A DNA stretch of 64,000 nt from a virus, in IMG/VR virus record IMGVR_UViG_3300047509_000037, positions 32,152 through 96,151 of that record. One strand, 5' to 3'. The notes under the pieces are model-generated. The model ran no database searches. It had not been told where the DNA came from and saw only the letters and a list, made by a program, of their open reading frames with translations. The position numbers and the translations under genes are program-made. Positions 61,049-64,000 of the stretch are shown here, in pieces. The stretch's first letter is position 1, and each line of letters starts with the position of its first letter.

Positions 61049-62212
61049 TTAGACAGTGGCTCCTGACTTCACTGCGCGGGCTTTTGCCGCTTCAGCTTCG
61101 AGCCTGTTGACCGTCTTCTGGAACTCCGGGTCACGGAGCGCCGCACGGTACTGCTCTGAAGTCATTCTGTCAATGTCTCGCAGAGTAATCGAAGACCCTC
61201 CTACTCCGGGCGTTGTGACGCCGGATGAGGCTGAAGAAATTGATTCATTCAACCCTGAGGGTACGTGACTCTGTCGCTTTGCTTGCGCCTGCGGTTGCGT
61301 CCCCAATCCGGGGGTCGTCGCTGGCAGTGCCTGCGGGTTCGGCACTTCTAGTTCCACGGGCACAACGGCAGCGGGGGCTGCGGTCGGCACGAGTGATACC
61401 TGTTGCACATCAGGTGCTTCTTTGAGCAATCCGGCTCCAGAAAGCGTGTCTTGGGCGAGTTTGAAATTTGCTACGGTCGGAGCGAGGTTTCGCTTGCCCA
61501 TCCAACGCGTAACGATTTCACGGTTCTCCGGCGAGTCAACATAACCCGAACCGGAGTTCACAAAGTCGATGTAGTTCTCGACAGCGCGATTCTGAATGAG
61601 GCTGCGTTGCACTTCATTCAGCGTGTTGGCGACAACCGAAGGCTTCTGACCGAAGACCGACTCAATCAGCTTGTCGGTTGCGCTCGCGGTCGTCTCAGGA
61701 TTCACGAGTTCGCGGGCGATAGTGAACCGCTCATCCGGCGTCAAATCGCGGGACTTGAACTCAGGAACATTCTGAAAACGTTCTGCGGTATCGGGAACTG
61801 CTTCCTCGACGCCGAGCGCCTTCTCGCGGGAGACCTTACGAAGCTGGCGCAGAATCAATTCGTTCTGCTTGACCAGTTTGGTCGTGAGTTCATCCGGCGT
61901 TTTATAGATAATAACTTGCTTCCCACCGAGCGGGCGTCCATCAGCATCCATCGGCTGATACTCGTAACGCTGGTCGGGGAGTTCCGCAACCGGGGCTGCG
62001 ACTACGGGAGTCGGTGCCGGAGTGGGAACAATCGCGGGCGATGCGCCTGCGGGGGTTTCTTCGATGATGATGGTTTCACCATTCGCACGGGCAGCGGCTT
62101 CTTTGTAGAGCCGCTCAACCGTTGCGGAAAAATCGGGGTTGCTCCGAAGGTTCTCTTTGTATTCTTCGGAAGTCATCTTGTTTACTGCGTCGAGCGTGAT
62201 AGGTGTAGACAT
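61049..62212 (-). CDS. capsid scaffolding protein
   Basis: Between portal and capsid; Pro/Ala linkers; C-terminal IDRMTSEQYR helix. Confidence 0.75.
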   Translation of the reverse strand: MSTPITLDAVNKMTSEEYKENLRSNPDFSATVERLYKEAAARANGETIIIEETPAGASPAIVPTPAPTPVVAAPVAELPDQRYEYQPMDADGRPLGGKQVIIYKTPDELTTKLVKQNELILRQLRKVSREKALGVEEAVPDTAERFQNVPEFKSRDLTPDERFTIARELVNPETTASATDKLIESVFGQKPSVVANTLNEVQRSLIQNRAVENYIDFVNSGSGYVDSPENREIVTRWMGKRNLAPTVANFKLAQDTLSGAGLLKEAPDVQQVSLVPTAAPAAVVPVELEVPNPQALPATTPGLGTQPQAQAKRQSHVPSGLNESISSASSGVTTPGVGGSSITLRDIDRMTSEQYRAALRDPEFQKTVNRLEAEAAKARAVKSGATV

Positions 62213-62232
62213 TTTCAATCTCCTCCAGATTG

Positions 62233-62562
62233 TTAGTTCGCATTCGCCCTTCGTCGCATCAGTTCTTTCTTCCACTGATGATTCCAACACAACGTTTGGA
62301 ATTTGCCATCCGGCAGACCTTGAGCTAAGACGGAGTCATACAAATCTTTCCGTCTTGAATCCACGTTTCCGTCATCTGCTACGTGGTCAAGAGTTAGTAA
62401 GTCCGGGTCGTTGACATCACAACCAGACCAACAGCATTTCAACTTCTGGTCCTTGCCGTAGTGGGCAAGAACTCTCAGTTTGTTCTCCAACCGATACTGA
62501 CGCCGTTGCGGTCGCATTTCTCGGTCGTGGGCACGTCGCGCATCTGCGGTCTTGTATGGCAC
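62233..62562 (-). CDS. HNH endonuclease
   Basis: VLAHYG..CC..LTLDHV.DDG..QTLCWNHQ.KK. Confidence 0.8.
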   Translation of the reverse strand: MPYKTADARRAHDREMRPQRRQYRLENKLRVLAHYGKDQKLKCCWSGCDVNDPDLLTLDHVADDGNVDSRRKDLYDSVLAQGLPDGKFQTLCWNHQWKKELMRRRANAN

Positions 62563-62564
62563 AG

Positions 62565-62912
62565 CTAGTTCCAGTCATCCGTCAACGGTGGGTGCTCAGG
62601 ATTCTCCGGGGTGCCAATGCCTGCGGCGGCAACTGCTTCAAGGTGCAGCAACTCAGTGAGACGCTGCATCACGCCTGCATAGAACATGCCTGCGCCCTTG
62701 GCTACTGCATGATTCGCTACAATCTCCTGCGTGTTCGCAGTCGATGTGTTCAGCAACTTGATGTTGAGCAATCGAATCTCTTGCTCCATTAACCGCTGGA
62801 GGATGTCGAATCCTTCAGACCGAACTTGCGATGAAAGCACTTGTCGGTCGCGGTCGCTCAACTCAAAGGACAGTTCAAGACCTTTGATGTTTTCCTCCGT
62901 AATCTTGAGCAT
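62565..62912 (-). CDS. hypothetical protein after portal
   Basis: GGAGGAG RBS. Confidence 0.7.
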   Translation of the reverse strand: MLKITEENIKGLELSFELSDRDRQVLSSQVRSEGFDILQRLMEQEIRLLNIKLLNTSTANTQEIVANHAVAKGAGMFYAGVMQRLTELLHLEAVAAAGIGTPENPEHPPLTDDWN

Positions 62913-62969
62913 TTCTCCTCCGAAATGGTGGACAGGGTGTCAGGTGAACCTGACGACCCCGCCCGTCTC

Positions 62970-64000
62970 TTACGCAACTGTAGGCAGTTGACCTTGCAGC
63001 CCACCCGCACTCGGCACCCCTTCAACCGCTTCGCTCATGCCGCTGGCTTTCGCCGCTTCACGAGTGATGTCGCGTTTGATTCGGTTGTCCGATGCTTGGT
63101 CTTCCAACTGTTGCTTCTGTTGGAACTTCTGCTGGTCGCTTTGCTGTTTCGCCTGCATTTGCATCTGCATCACCGCAGCCTTCGAGTTGGCATCGCGCTT
63201 CTTCTTCATCGCGTCTGTCATCGGCTTGATGATGTCGTTTTTGTTCTTCCACTCCGATGCTTCGAGCCACATGGAAATGATTGGCTTGAAGTCGATGTAC
63301 TCCTCATTGATGTCAGCCAACGATTGCTGAATCTGAGGGTTGTTGAGAATCTGAGTGAGCATAACCATCGACTGAGCCATCGTCCGCTTTGCAGCGAGAG
63401 ACGAACCCGCCAGAACCTCGTATTCGATTTGAGCGTCGTGATAGTCCTGAATGTTGAACTCGTTCAGGAAATCGTTGCCCATCTCTTTGCCGAGAATGTG
63501 GAGGATTGCCGCATCGGACATGACGTTGAACACGAGCATGTCGATGATGGACAGGAATGGTTTGAAGACCTGTTCGATAAAGTTGTCGAGAGGTCCGTCA
63601 AGTCGGGTCGCACTCGCGCCTGCGAGAATGTTTGCGCCCGATGCCGAGCGTCCCATACCAGACCGAGGTCCAGCGGAACTCCCTTGGACAAGCTGCTGGT
63701 CTGCGCCCGAAGACGATTCCGTAGCCTGTTCAGATTCTTTCAGCGCCGCCCAGATGTCGGACGGAACTTTCGGAGACTCCAGCAAGCGGTACGACTTCTC
63801 AACGTTGGTCACTGACATGATTTTGCCCAAACCAGTTTTGATGGTCTGTGTCGGTGCGTTGTCGTCGCGGTTGCGGAGGTAAACCGGGTTGACTCCGTAG
63901 CTCAGAATTTTGAGGATGGAGTTGATGGTGCCTTGGTCAACACGTTGGTTCTGACCAACGATGAGTCCGAGACCCATACCGTAGAATGCTTTCGGTCGGT
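62970..64000 (-). CDS. portal protein, C-terminal part (5' truncated)
   Basis: FYGMGLG..Q..N, ESSSGAD..QG..RSASGA, Q-rich C-terminal coiled coil; upstream of scaffold and capsid. Confidence 0.8.
   Translation of the reverse strand, partial: RPKAFYGMGLGLIVGQNQRVDQGTINSILKILSYGVNPVYLRNRDDNAPTQTIKTGLGKIMSVTNVEKSYRLLESPKVPSDIWAALKESEQATESSSGADQQLVQGSSAGPRSGMGRSASGANILAGASATRLDGPLDNFIEQVFKPFLSIIDMLVFNVMSDAAILHILGKEMGNDFLNEFNIQDYHDAQIEYEVLAGSSLAAKRTMAQSMVMLTQILNNPQIQQSLADINEEYIDFKPIISMWLEASEWKNKNDIIKPMTDAMKKKRDANSKAAVMQMQMQAKQQSDQQKFQQKQQLEDQASDNRIKRDITREAAKASGMSEAVEGVPSAGGLQGQLPTVA

Noticed and set aside
55777-61066. + strand ORFs of 328 and 331 aa opposite the adaptor and capsid genes
   Set aside because: Same antisense shadow effect
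1-64000. CRISPR array, DGR, retron or reverse transcriptase
   Set aside because: No regularly spaced repeats and no RT motifs seen; the duplicated 5364/57111 segment differs at synonymous sites, not specifically at adenines
1-64000. Stop-codon reassignment
   Set aside because: Recognisable genes are intact in code 11 and use TAA, TAG and TGA; no suppressor anticodon found

Overview
The window is a 64-kb segment of a dsDNA tailed bacteriophage genome (about 56-58% GC by eye), cut at both ends, with two convergent arms. The + strand (1-28126) is an early/middle arm: many small Zn-finger and hypothetical genes, an AAA-ATPase/DUF1257/DUF2997 module, ATP-dependent DNA ligase, a minimal tyrosine recombinase, PD-(D/E)XK nuclease, GroES, a ClpB-D2-only ATPase, SF2 helicase, RecA, RNA ligase, a Tlde1/DUF2778 protein, a minimal kinase and an outer-membrane beta-barrel moron. 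The - strand (28123-64000) is the late arm: portal, scaffold, major capsid, two paralogous adaptors, a 1431-aa nozzle-like protein, ejection proteins including a 1457-aa polyvalent protein, lysis genes and nucleotide-metabolism genes. No tape measure or sheath is visible, so podovirus-like morphology is inferred. There are 14 free-standing HNH/EndoVII/GIY-YIG genes and six tRNAs, three of them non-canonical (Trp, His, Pro). The ClpB-D2 signature suggests an Acidobacteriota host (inference). Most striking observations: (1) a shared C-terminal GRK[IV]R motif on the AAA ATPase and several unrelated early proteins; (2) an HNH gene wholly nested out of frame inside an unbroken secreted lysozyme-like ORF; (3) a 23-aa Zn-ribbon motif conserved at the protein level between an early protein and a head-module protein; (4) several structured intergenic RNAs around the tRNAs and upstream of the RNA ligase. 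All family calls come from motif recognition, not database searches.
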